Below, one piece after another: positions 24,649-32,114 of a stretch of DNA of 38,459 nt (positions are counted from its first letter, which is position 1; the number at the start of each line of letters is the position of its first letter). The translations under genes and the position numbers were made by a program. The notes beneath the pieces are model-generated. The model did not search any database and had not been told where the DNA came from. It worked only from the letters and a program-made list of their open reading frames with translations. The DNA is from Hyphomicrobiales bacterium (lineage in GTDB: Bacteria > Pseudomonadota > Alphaproteobacteria > Rhizobiales > Xanthobacteraceae), in assembly GCA_003164375.1 (NCBI GenBank), contig PLTE01000108.1:1-38459 (forward strand), given 5' to 3'.

Positions 24649-25389
24649 GTGGCCCTAAAGATCGAGCTCAAGCCTAACGAACGCATCCTCCTCGGCGATT
24701 GCGTCGTCACCAATAACGGCCAGCGCACGCGTCTCATGGTCGAGGGGAAGGTGCCCATTCTGCGTGAAAAGGACATCATGTCGCTGGGCAGCGCCAATAG
24801 CCTGGCGAAACTCATCTATCTCGCTGTGCAGTTCATCTACACGGCCAAGCGACCGCAGGACCATCACGCGCTTTACGTCCGGCTGGCGGATGAATTTGTG
24901 AAACGCGCGCCCAGTGCGAAGCCATATATTGAGAGCATCAACAATCGAATCTTAACAGGCGAGCCGTATAAGGCGCTAAAGGAAGCGCGCAAGCTCATTG
25001 CCTACGAAAAGGAGCATCTCGACATGCATTACGCCAGCAACGCCTACGCGAAGACCGCCATTGACACGGCAGGCCCGCGCGAACTCGAGGCGAATTTGCT
25101 TTTGCAAGCTGCGGCGAAGTTGCAGGCTGTTCATGATTCGTGGCGCGATAAGCCGTCCGGCCTCGACGATGCAATCCTGTACAATCGCCGGCTTTGGACG
25201 GTATTCCTCGACGCGGTGACGAGCGAAGGCAACAGGTTGCCGGCCGCGGTCCGCGAGAATATCAGGCGGCTCGGCGTTTTCGTCATGGGGGAGACGTTCT
25301 CGCTGATGACCAATCCGAAGCCGGATCACCTGACGTCGATCATCAAGATCAATCGCGGCATCGCCGCCGGCCTGCGCGGCAAGGCGTAA
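24649..25389 (+). CDS. flbT: FlbT-FlaF in-frame fusion ORF (flagellin translation regulator pair)
   Basis: GTG at 24649 with AAGGA 7 nt upstream. The FlbT-like part is (M)ALKIELKPNERILLGDCVVTNNGQRTRLMVEGKVPILREKDIM...AKLIYLAVQFIY. It runs with no stop codon into a FlaF-like part, MHYASNAYAKTA...PRELEANLLLQAAAKLQ...YNRRLWTVFLDAV...LPAAVRENI. The track ORF starts at an upstream GTG (24571). Confidence 0.75.
   Translation: MALKIELKPNERILLGDCVVTNNGQRTRLMVEGKVPILREKDIMSLGSANSLAKLIYLAVQFIYTAKRPQDHHALYVRLADEFVKRAPSAKPYIESINNRILTGEPYKALKEARKLIAYEKEHLDMHYASNAYAKTAIDTAGPRELEANLLLQAAAKLQAVHDSWRDKPSGLDDAILYNRRLWTVFLDAVTSEGNRLPAAVRENIRRLGVFVMGETFSLMTNPKPDHLTSIIKINRGIAAGLRGKA
25024..25389 (+). CDS. flaF: possible independently translated FlaF (internal start within the fusion frame)
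   Basis: ATG at 25024 with a strong AAGGAG 9 nt upstream, exactly where stand-alone FlaF proteins begin (MHYASNAY...). Same frame as the flbT part. Confidence 0.4.
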   Translation: MHYASNAYAKTAIDTAGPRELEANLLLQAAAKLQAVHDSWRDKPSGLDDAILYNRRLWTVFLDAVTSEGNRLPAAVRENIRRLGVFVMGETFSLMTNPKPDHLTSIIKINRGIAAGLRGKA

Positions 25390-25442
25390 GAGACGGCGTA
25401 TAGTTCGGTTTATTGGGGCAACGGCGAGACGCGTTTTCGCTC

Positions 25443-25466
25443 GCATTGCCAACGATCCGGCAATGC
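25443..25466. terminator. hairpin between convergent flbT-flaF and the asnB-like gene
   Basis: GCATTGCC-aacgatcc-GGCAATGC forms a perfect 8-bp stem. There is no U-tract. Confidence 0.35.
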
Positions 25467-25494
25467 TTGAACCGCTGCAAGCGCGCCAGCGCGA

Positions 25495-27042
25495 TCAGGC
25501 GGCGCGCGGGACATCCAGTCGAAGCCGCCCGCGCAGATGCGGTATGCGACTTACATCCATCCTTGCCGCGAGCATCCGCATATAAATCAGCTCTTCTTTG
25601 GTTGCTATTGCAAAATCCGCGAATTCGCGTTGCCCGTCGTGGAGATCTGCGTCCGACAGCGACGTTTCGAAAAGATCGAGCCAGCCGGATTCTTCCACGT
25701 CGCCGTCCGCGCCCTCATGAAACAGCATCTTTTGCCGATCGCGAATGCAAGTCGGTAGCTCGGAAGGATACAGGTCATAGAGCGCTCGTAACGGCGCCTT
25801 GCCGATCGGGGCATTGCTCGTTTGTCGCACCAAACAGGATTCATCGAGCTCACTCGCATAATCGACGACCGTTTGATCGAGGAACGGCTCGCGTATTTCG
25901 AGTTGGAATTGCATCGAACAGCGATCGACCCGTTGAAGATTGGCGCGATGCATCATGCCCAAACATTGCTTCTGCATATCGCGGCCGCCGCCGTCAGGCC
26001 GGGTAAAAGCCCGTTCGAGGGGCGAATAGCCTGCGAATAATTCATCGGCGCCTTCGCCGCACAGCGCGACGCGGAAACCGTCTTGATGTATGCGCTGCGA
26101 GAGAAGATAGGTGTAAAGACTAGGACGGATCACCGAGGGCTCGAACGTCTCCACGGTATCAACGACCGTCTCGATGAGGGGGAGCGTCTTGGTGCAATGC
26201 GCTTCAACGGCCACCTCGCGCAGGTTGAGACCGGTCTCCTCCGCATAATGTTTGGCGTAAAGATGATCGGGCGCATTGCACCCGACCGCGATGTAGCCCG
26301 GCATGGCCGGAGAAAATCTGCGCGCGTAATGCATAACAAGCGTGCTATCGATGCCGCCGCTGAACAAGGCCGCGACCGGAAGGTTCGCGGGCACGCGGAT
26401 GCGCACGGCTTCCGATAGAATTCGGTCCAGTTCCTGGGGCGAGGCGGCGCTCGAGGTTGTTGGGGATGGCAGGTTGTAATGGCGCCCGCAGAAATCACGG
26501 GTCAGCAAATGGCCAGGCGGCAACAATAAGACGGCGTCGCCATCGGTCGCATCCAGGAGCGGTCGGATTTCCGAGCAAAACAGAAAGCCCTTGGGCGACT
26601 GGATGAGATAAAGCGGCTTTACGCCGAAAGGGTCGCGCGCGGCCAAGAACTCGCCGGTCGCCGTATCGATCGCAACGAAGGCATACATGCCGGCCAGGCG
26701 TTTGATCCCGGCTTGGCCCCACGCTCGCAGCACATTCGCGACAACTTCCGTGTCGCATTGCGTGCGGAAACGCACGCCGAGCGCCTCCAATTCCCGACGT
26801 AGAACGTCGTGATTGTAGATCTCGCCATTGAACGAGACGAGAAAGCGCTCATCGAAGGAGGCTTGCGGCTGCGCGCCGTTTGCCGCGTCTACAATGCGCA
26901 AGCGGCGTGTGCACATCGCGGTGTTGTTTCCGACCATGACGAGTGGGTCGGTGACGTCGCCCCGATGCAGCATACCCGCGATCAACTGCCGGACTGCCGA
27001 TCCGGCGTCATCCCAATCGATAGCAACCGCTATGCCGCACAT
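25495..27042 (-). CDS. asparagine synthase (glutamine-hydrolysing) family amidotransferase
   Basis: N-terminal MCGI (Cys2 Ntn nucleophile), PP-loop motif FSGGIDSTLV, and 515 aa of AsnB-like layout. Confidence 0.85.
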   Translation of the reverse strand: MCGIAVAIDWDDAGSAVRQLIAGMLHRGDVTDPLVMVGNNTAMCTRRLRIVDAANGAQPQASFDERFLVSFNGEIYNHDVLRRELEALGVRFRTQCDTEVVANVLRAWGQAGIKRLAGMYAFVAIDTATGEFLAARDPFGVKPLYLIQSPKGFLFCSEIRPLLDATDGDAVLLLPPGHLLTRDFCGRHYNLPSPTTSSAASPQELDRILSEAVRIRVPANLPVAALFSGGIDSTLVMHYARRFSPAMPGYIAVGCNAPDHLYAKHYAEETGLNLREVAVEAHCTKTLPLIETVVDTVETFEPSVIRPSLYTYLLSQRIHQDGFRVALCGEGADELFAGYSPLERAFTRPDGGGRDMQKQCLGMMHRANLQRVDRCSMQFQLEIREPFLDQTVVDYASELDESCLVRQTSNAPIGKAPLRALYDLYPSELPTCIRDRQKMLFHEGADGDVEESGWLDLFETSLSDADLHDGQREFADFAIATKEELIYMRMLAARMDVSRIPHLRGRLRLDVPRAA

Positions 27043-27231
27043 GACGCCCCCGCGCGTGCCGATTCAGTCTAAGTCACTGGAATTACAGCGACAATACAGC
27101 CGAAACCCTGACGCTAGCGTAGATCGCTAGGGTTAACGGTTGGTTCCAGTCGTTTGAGGCGGCGCGGGCAGCTTTTGAGCCCCGCTACGCGGTCGGCTCA
27201 GGACGAAGATCCACCTCAAGTGCGGTTGGTA

Positions 27232-28134
27232 TCAGGCCAGCAGATCGAGCAACGAGCCCGACGAGCCGCTGCTCGCCAAGAGGGTTTCGGCAGTGCCGCC
27301 GGTCTGCAGCGCGAGGGCGGAATTAAACAGGACGGCCGCGGGGGAACTGGCGGCAGTGCTGGTGGACGACCCTGTCGAACTGCTTGCGGCGCTCGTGGAC
27401 GATCCTGCCGCGCTCGAGGAACTTGAAGAAGTGGAACCGGAGGCGCTGGAGGAACTGGAAGAGTTGGCAGCGCTGGAAGTGGGGGCGGTCGGCTGGAAAC
27501 TGGAGTTCTGGGCGCCGAAGCCGACGCTTGATGCAAAAACGCCCCCGACCGAGATCGAATCGGTGAGATTTTTGCCGGTGAGAACCAGGTCGCCGCCGGC
27601 ATTAAGCGACGCCGTCACCTGGGCATTGGCGGCAACGTTTGGATTGTTGATGGCATTGATCAGATCCTGAACCGTATCCGTGCCCGTCGACGCGAAGGTC
27701 GTCGTGTTGGTGCCGTCACTGACGGTGATCGTGCCATTCTGGGGAATCCCGAGCGTTAACAGCGAGGTACTCGCGGAAAGCGGCACCGTGCCGGTTCCGG
27801 TTGCCGGTGCGCCGGTCGTTGGAGCGTTGGACGTAGACCCGCTGGAACTGGCTTGTGAGGCTTGCACTGCGCTTTGCAATGCGGCGGTAAGTTGGGCTTG
27901 GACGCGCGTTTGCGCTTCCTTGGTCGCAATGGCCGCCAAGCCCGACGCTTCGTTGCTCACGGCGCTGCCTAATCCTGTAATCAGCGCATCGCTTAACGAG
28001 GAAGTCTGATTCTCGGTCTGAACCTGGCTCCAATAGGTCTGGTCCTGTTGCCAGAACGTCTGGCTGCTTCCTATGCTTCCGATACTCATGGACTGCGACG
28101 CCTTGCCAGACCGGTCTCCCCTGCGGTCATTCAT
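27232..28134 (-). CDS. orphan Ser/Thr-rich flagellar-cluster protein carrying one hook/flagellin-type module and a poly-Ser tract
   Basis: 300-aa ORF; an alternative ATG lies at 28089 (MSIGSIGSS...). Residues ~121-207 align closely with FlgE module 1. A poly-Ser segment covers residues ~219-264. No signal peptide is visible. Function unknown. Confidence 0.6.
   Translation of the reverse strand: MNDRRGDRSGKASQSMSIGSIGSSQTFWQQDQTYWSQVQTENQTSSLSDALITGLGSAVSNEASGLAAIATKEAQTRVQAQLTAALQSAVQASQASSSGSTSNAPTTGAPATGTGTVPLSASTSLLTLGIPQNGTITVSDGTNTTTFASTGTDTVQDLINAINNPNVAANAQVTASLNAGGDLVLTGKNLTDSISVGGVFASSVGFGAQNSSFQPTAPTSSAANSSSSSSASGSTSSSSSSAAGSSTSAASSSTGSSTSTAASSPAAVLFNSALALQTGGTAETLLASSGSSGSLLDLLA
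27343..27480 (-). repeat. poly-Ser low-complexity coding tract
   Basis: TSSAANSSSSSSASGSTSSSSSSAAGSSTSAASSSTGSSTSTAASS in the orphan protein. The plus strand shows the complementary GAA/GGA-rich periodicity. Confidence 0.8.
27514..27774 (-). repeat. single copy of the module in the orphan protein
   Basis: NGTITVSDGTNTTTFASTGTDTVQDLINAINNPNVAANAQVTASLNAGGDLVLTGKNLTDSISVGGVFASSVGFG is closest to FlgE copy 1. The similarity extends into the following GAQNSSFQPT versus GAGQNSFSPT. Confidence 0.7.
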
Positions 28135-28182
28135 GCACCATTGCAGTTAACAGACCGTCGATTCCCTAACGTTTACCACCGG

Positions 28183-28190
28183 TTAACCAT
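28183..28190. promoter_or_regulatory. CtrA half-site-type 8-mer TTAACCAT
   Basis: Exact TTAACCAT in the divergent region between the Ser-rich orphan gene (minus) and TPR-GT 1 (plus). Confidence 0.35.
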
Positions 28191-28285
28191 CATGGCCGAC
28201 TTTGCGGTAAAGGCACCGTGGGCGGGAGCCGCTCCTCGGCGGTATGGTGCTCCCGTCGCCAGTCCGAGGCTGCAGGCAGGATTCC

Positions 28286-30190
28286 ATGGCGAAGCAGGCG
28301 ACCGCGAGGCTTTCGCAACTCGGCCGCTCTTTCGAGCAGGGGCTGGCACTGCACCGGGGCGGACGGCTCGCTGAGGCCGACCGAATCTATGAAGCCATTC
28401 TCGCGGCCGATCCGCGCCACTTCGATGCGCTGCATCTGTCCGGCGTTCTCAGAAATCAACAGGGCCGGTCTGTCGAGGCTCTGCATTTGGTTTCGGCGGC
28501 ATTGAACATCAAGTCCGGATCGGTGGACGCGCTTGTGAGTCATGGCGTGATCCTTGATGCGCTCAAGCGCCATGAAGAAGCGCTGGCGAGCTTCGATCGA
28601 GCGCTGGCGGCGCGTGCCGGCGACGCTACCTTGCACTATAACCGCGGCAATTCGCTCAAAGGTCTCGGCCGCTACGCGGAGGCGTTGGCGAGCTACGATC
28701 GCGCGCTCGCGCTTGCGCCGGATCTCGCCCCCGCCCACCACAATCGCGGCAGTACCTATGCGGAGCTCGATCGGAACGATGAGGCGCTGGCGAGCTTCGA
28801 CCAGGCGCTTTTGCTGTGCCTTGAGCGGGCCGGCATCAAGATGGAGAATGGCATCTCCCTGGCAACGATTGATCGCGGCGATGAATTGTTTGCAAGGCTC
28901 CGTCAAGCGCTCGCCGCCGATCCCAACAGTGCCGACATACTGAGCAATCGCGGCAAGGTTCTCAACCGGTTCAAACGCTACCATGAGGCGATTGCGTGCT
29001 TTGACGCGGCGCTGGCGCTTCGCCCCGACCAAGCGGACACGCTCTGTCATCGCGGCGACGCATGCGCAGGGATCGGCCGCTACGACGATGCGTTTGCGAA
29101 TTTCGCGGAGGCGCTTTGCGTTGCGCCGAATTTCGCCGATGCGCATCTTAAGCGCGGCAATGCTTTGGTCGAGTTGAACCGAATGGACGAAGCGATGCGC
29201 AGCTTTAGCGCCGCTGTAGCGATCAAGCCGGACAACGCGGACGCGAACTTCAACGAAGCGCTGACCCGGCTGTGCCTGGGCGATTTTCGCCAGGGTTGGA
29301 AAAAGTATGAATATCGGTGGGAAAGGGCTGAATGGGCGAAGGACCGGCCAAATTATCCGCGTCCGATGTGGCGCGGAGAGCAGGAGCTGCAGGGCAAGAC
29401 AATTCTTCTTGTCGCCGAACAAGGCTTTGGCGACGCCATCCAATTCGCACGCTACGCACCGCTGTTAGCAGCGCTCGGCGCAAAGGTGTTGCTTGGCGTC
29501 CGGTCCCCGCTCACTGCACTAATGGCAACCGTACCCGGTGTCTCGCAAGTGATAAGCGCGGGTGAGACTCTGCCCCCCTTCGATCTCTACTGCCCGCTGT
29601 TGAGCCTGCCATTAGCGTTCGGAACCGAACCGGCAACGATACCGGCCACGGTCCCCTATCTGCGAGCTTCTGAAGAGCGCATCGCCAAATGGCGCGGCAG
29701 ATTACCGGACAGTGGCCGGCTGCGAATCGGAATTTGCTGGGCCGGCATAAGCGGGCATCCCAACAATCACCGACGTTCGATACCGCTCGAGCGCTTCGCC
29801 ACGATATTGTCGGCGCCGGGCGTCGACTTCGTCAGTCTGCAAAAGGATGTCGGCGAGTCGGACGCGACGATCCTGAGCGCACACGGCGTAAATCAGCTTG
29901 GGCAGGAATTCGCGGATTTTGCCGATACCGCCGCCGTCGTCGCGATGCTCGATCTCGTGATCTGCGTCGACACTTCGGTCGCGCATCTTGCCGGCGCGAT
30001 GGGCAAGGCCGTCGGCGTGCTGATACCGTTTTCGCCGGACTTCAGGTGGATGCTCGACCGCACCGACAGCCCTTGGTATCCGACCATGCGGCTGTTTCGG
30101 CAACCCGCGATCGGCGACTGGGACGGACCGCTCGATCGGCTGCGCCAGGAACTTTCCGCTCTCGGAAGCCGTCCGCTCAAGCCGCGGTGA
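28286..30190 (+). CDS. TPR-repeat protein fused to a GT9-like (heptosyltransferase-fold, GT-B) glycosyltransferase domain
   Basis: ATG at 28286 (MAKQATARLSQLGRSFEQGLALHRGGRLAEADRIYEAIL...). There are multiple 34-aa TPR units (…A..Y..AL...P....A..NRG...). The C-terminal domain carries KTILLVAEQGFGDAIQFARY, RIGICWAG and DTSVAHLAGAMGK...SPWYPTMRLFRQ. Confidence 0.75.
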   Translation: MAKQATARLSQLGRSFEQGLALHRGGRLAEADRIYEAILAADPRHFDALHLSGVLRNQQGRSVEALHLVSAALNIKSGSVDALVSHGVILDALKRHEEALASFDRALAARAGDATLHYNRGNSLKGLGRYAEALASYDRALALAPDLAPAHHNRGSTYAELDRNDEALASFDQALLLCLERAGIKMENGISLATIDRGDELFARLRQALAADPNSADILSNRGKVLNRFKRYHEAIACFDAALALRPDQADTLCHRGDACAGIGRYDDAFANFAEALCVAPNFADAHLKRGNALVELNRMDEAMRSFSAAVAIKPDNADANFNEALTRLCLGDFRQGWKKYEYRWERAEWAKDRPNYPRPMWRGEQELQGKTILLVAEQGFGDAIQFARYAPLLAALGAKVLLGVRSPLTALMATVPGVSQVISAGETLPPFDLYCPLLSLPLAFGTEPATIPATVPYLRASEERIAKWRGRLPDSGRLRIGICWAGISGHPNNHRRSIPLERFATILSAPGVDFVSLQKDVGESDATILSAHGVNQLGQEFADFADTAAVVAMLDLVICVDTSVAHLAGAMGKAVGVLIPFSPDFRWMLDRTDSPWYPTMRLFRQPAIGDWDGPLDRLRQELSALGSRPLKPR

Positions 30191-30214
30191 TGGTGCCGGC
30201 CGAGCGGTCGGCGC

Positions 30215-30667
30215 CTACAGCGTGCGGCTGACGGCGAGCGGCCGGCCGTGCTTGGGATTGGGCGCGGCGGTCCGCCCGGTCGCGCCGTAGACCTGCGGCG
30301 AAGCTTTGCGGGCGAGGTCGCTCGACAGCCGCCGCATGATTCCCTCCGAGACCGCGTGCGCGGTCGCCAGCACGATCATGTTCTTCTGCAGCACGGCGCG
30401 GAAGATCTCCTGCACACGCACGAGCGCCGCGCAGCGCGCCGGCACGGTCCGCAGCAGAAATTTACCGCTCACCTTCAACTGCTCGCCGGCCGCGAACAAT
30501 TGCCCGGCGAGTTCCGCCTTGGCCGGTTCGAGCGCGCAGGCGGCGCGGATCTTGCCGGCGTGCATCAGCAAGGTTTCCTGTTCGACAAGGCCGGTGAGCC
30601 TCTCGATCAGCGCGGTGAGCTGTTCGATGGCCTGTTCGGCCTCCGCGGCCGTCGTGATGGGTTTCAT
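30215..30667 (-). CDS. flagellar protein, FlgN/FlbY-like (uncertain)
   Basis: Trimmed to the ATG at 30667, which has an ATGA overlap with the upstream rod-binding gene. The 150-aa helical protein reads MKPITTAAEAEQAIEQLTALIERLTGLVEQETLLM... It sits after flgI and the flgJ-like gene, as in Caulobacter flgI-cheL-flbY. The family call is by context. Confidence 0.5.
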   Translation of the reverse strand: MKPITTAAEAEQAIEQLTALIERLTGLVEQETLLMHAGKIRAACALEPAKAELAGQLFAAGEQLKVSGKFLLRTVPARCAALVRVQEIFRAVLQKNMIVLATAHAVSEGIMRRLSSDLARKASPQVYGATGRTAAPNPKHGRPLAVSRTL

Positions 30668-30993
30668 GACGGGGATAGTCCCTGTTCTTTGAGCAATGTG
30701 TCGTAGACCTTGGGCGCGATGCCGATACCGCCCGCCTTGGCGAGTGCTTTGGCGAACTGGTCGATCGCGAAGGAGCGCCACACTTTCAACGCGCCGCTGC
30801 CGCCCATCGGACCGTCGCCGTCCACGCCGGTGAACATTTCCTGGAACATGTTGCTGAGGAACATCGACTCGAAATTTTCCGCGCCGGCCTTCGCCTTGCT
30901 CCTGATCTTCAGCGCGGCCTGAGCCTGTGCGCTGGTCGCGCTGCCGATCGAGGATAGTGATGCGCCGAAATCGACGGGGCTTATGCTCGACAT
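30664..30993 (-). CDS. flgJ: flagellar rod-binding protein (FlgJ N-terminal-domain-like, no muramidase domain)
   Basis: AENFESMFLSNMFQEMFTG...FAIDQFAKALAKAGGIGIA is the Rod_binding pattern. The ATG at 30993 overlaps the flgI TGA (TGATG), and a GTG at 30996 is also possible. Confidence 0.75.
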   Translation of the reverse strand: MSSISPVDFGASLSSIGSATSAQAQAALKIRSKAKAGAENFESMFLSNMFQEMFTGVDGDGPMGGSGALKVWRSFAIDQFAKALAKAGGIGIAPKVYDTLLKEQGLSPS

Positions 30994-32114
30994 CACATCA
31001 CCTCAATATCGGCCTGGATGGCGCCGGCGGCCTTGATCGCTTGCAAGATCACGATCAGATCGCGCGGCCCGATGCCGAGCGCATTGAGGCCGTCGACAAT
31101 CTGTTGCAGCGACACGCCTTCCTGGACCAGCGCTAGCCTCTTGCCCTCTTCCTGCACGCCTACTTGCGTGCGTGGCACGGCGACGGTGCGGCCGCGCGAC
31201 AGCGGCGCGGGTTGACTCACCTGCGGCGATTCCGAGATCGTGACCGTGAGATTTCCCTGCGCCACCGCCACCGTCGAGACGCGCACGTCGCGGCCGATGA
31301 CGATGACGCCGGAGCGTTCGTCGATGACGACCTTGGCGACTTCGTCCGGCTCGACCTGCAATTGCTCGATCTCGGTCAGCATGGCGACGACGTTTTGCGG
31401 AAATTTCTTCGGCAGCGTGAGTTGCACGGTCGAAGGGTCGAGCGGCTCGGCGACTGCCGCGCCGATATAGTCGTTGATGGCAACAGCGATGCGTTTGGCC
31501 GTCGTGAAGTCGGCGTTGCGCAGCGCGAGCCGCAGCTGACCGACGCTATTAAGCGCGAATTCGATTTCGCGCTCAATGATGGCGCCGTTGGGCAATCGCC
31601 CGACGGTCGGTACGCCGCGGGTGATCTTGGCCGCCTGGCCCTCGGCCTGGAAGCCGCCGATCGAGAGCGATCCCTGCGCGACCGCATAGACATTGCCGTC
31701 GGCGCCGAGGAGGGGAGTGACCAGCAAGGTGCCGCCTTCCAAGCTCTTGGAGTCGCCCATGGCCGAGGCCGTCACGTCGATTCGCGTACCCTGCGTCGCG
31801 AAGGGCGGCAGGTCGGCCGTGACCATGACGGCGGCGACGTTGCCGGTACGGATCTGCTGGCCGCGGATGTTGACGCCTAGCCGTTCCAGCATCGCCTGCA
31901 GGGACTGCTTGGTAAAAGGCGCGTTGTTAAGTGTGTCGCCGGTGCCATTAAGGCCAACAACGAGGCCGTAGCCGATCAACTGGTTCTGTCGCACGCCCTC
32001 GATATTGGCGAGGTCTTTGATGCGCGACGTCGCCATCGCCGGCGAGATGGCCGACGATCCAGCACAGCTGACAGCAACCAGCGCGGCAAGCGCGGTTCGA
32101 AAAGGCCCTCTCAT
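30993..32114 (-). CDS. flgI: flagellar P-ring protein FlgI
   Basis: Signal peptide, then RIKDLANIEGVRQNQLIGYGLVVGLNGTGD...ALGIGPRDLIVILQAIKAAGAIQADIEVM. Confidence 0.95.
   Translation of the reverse strand: MRGPFRTALAALVAVSCAGSSAISPAMATSRIKDLANIEGVRQNQLIGYGLVVGLNGTGDTLNNAPFTKQSLQAMLERLGVNIRGQQIRTGNVAAVMVTADLPPFATQGTRIDVTASAMGDSKSLEGGTLLVTPLLGADGNVYAVAQGSLSIGGFQAEGQAAKITRGVPTVGRLPNGAIIEREIEFALNSVGQLRLALRNADFTTAKRIAVAINDYIGAAVAEPLDPSTVQLTLPKKFPQNVVAMLTEIEQLQVEPDEVAKVVIDERSGVIVIGRDVRVSTVAVAQGNLTVTISESPQVSQPAPLSRGRTVAVPRTQVGVQEEGKRLALVQEGVSLQQIVDGLNALGIGPRDLIVILQAIKAAGAIQADIEVM

Noticed and set aside
27140-27200. Possible terminator after the Ser-rich orphan gene (GCGGG...CCCGC region)
   Set aside because: The stem is short and bulged, and no U-tract follows on the minus strand. 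This is not convincing, so the orphan gene and the asnB-like gene may be co-transcribed.
28190-29443. 417-aa minus-strand ORF antisense to TPR-GT 1
   Set aside because: The plus-strand frame shows clean 34-aa TPR periodicity and a conserved GT domain. The antisense product is Arg-rich with no motifs.
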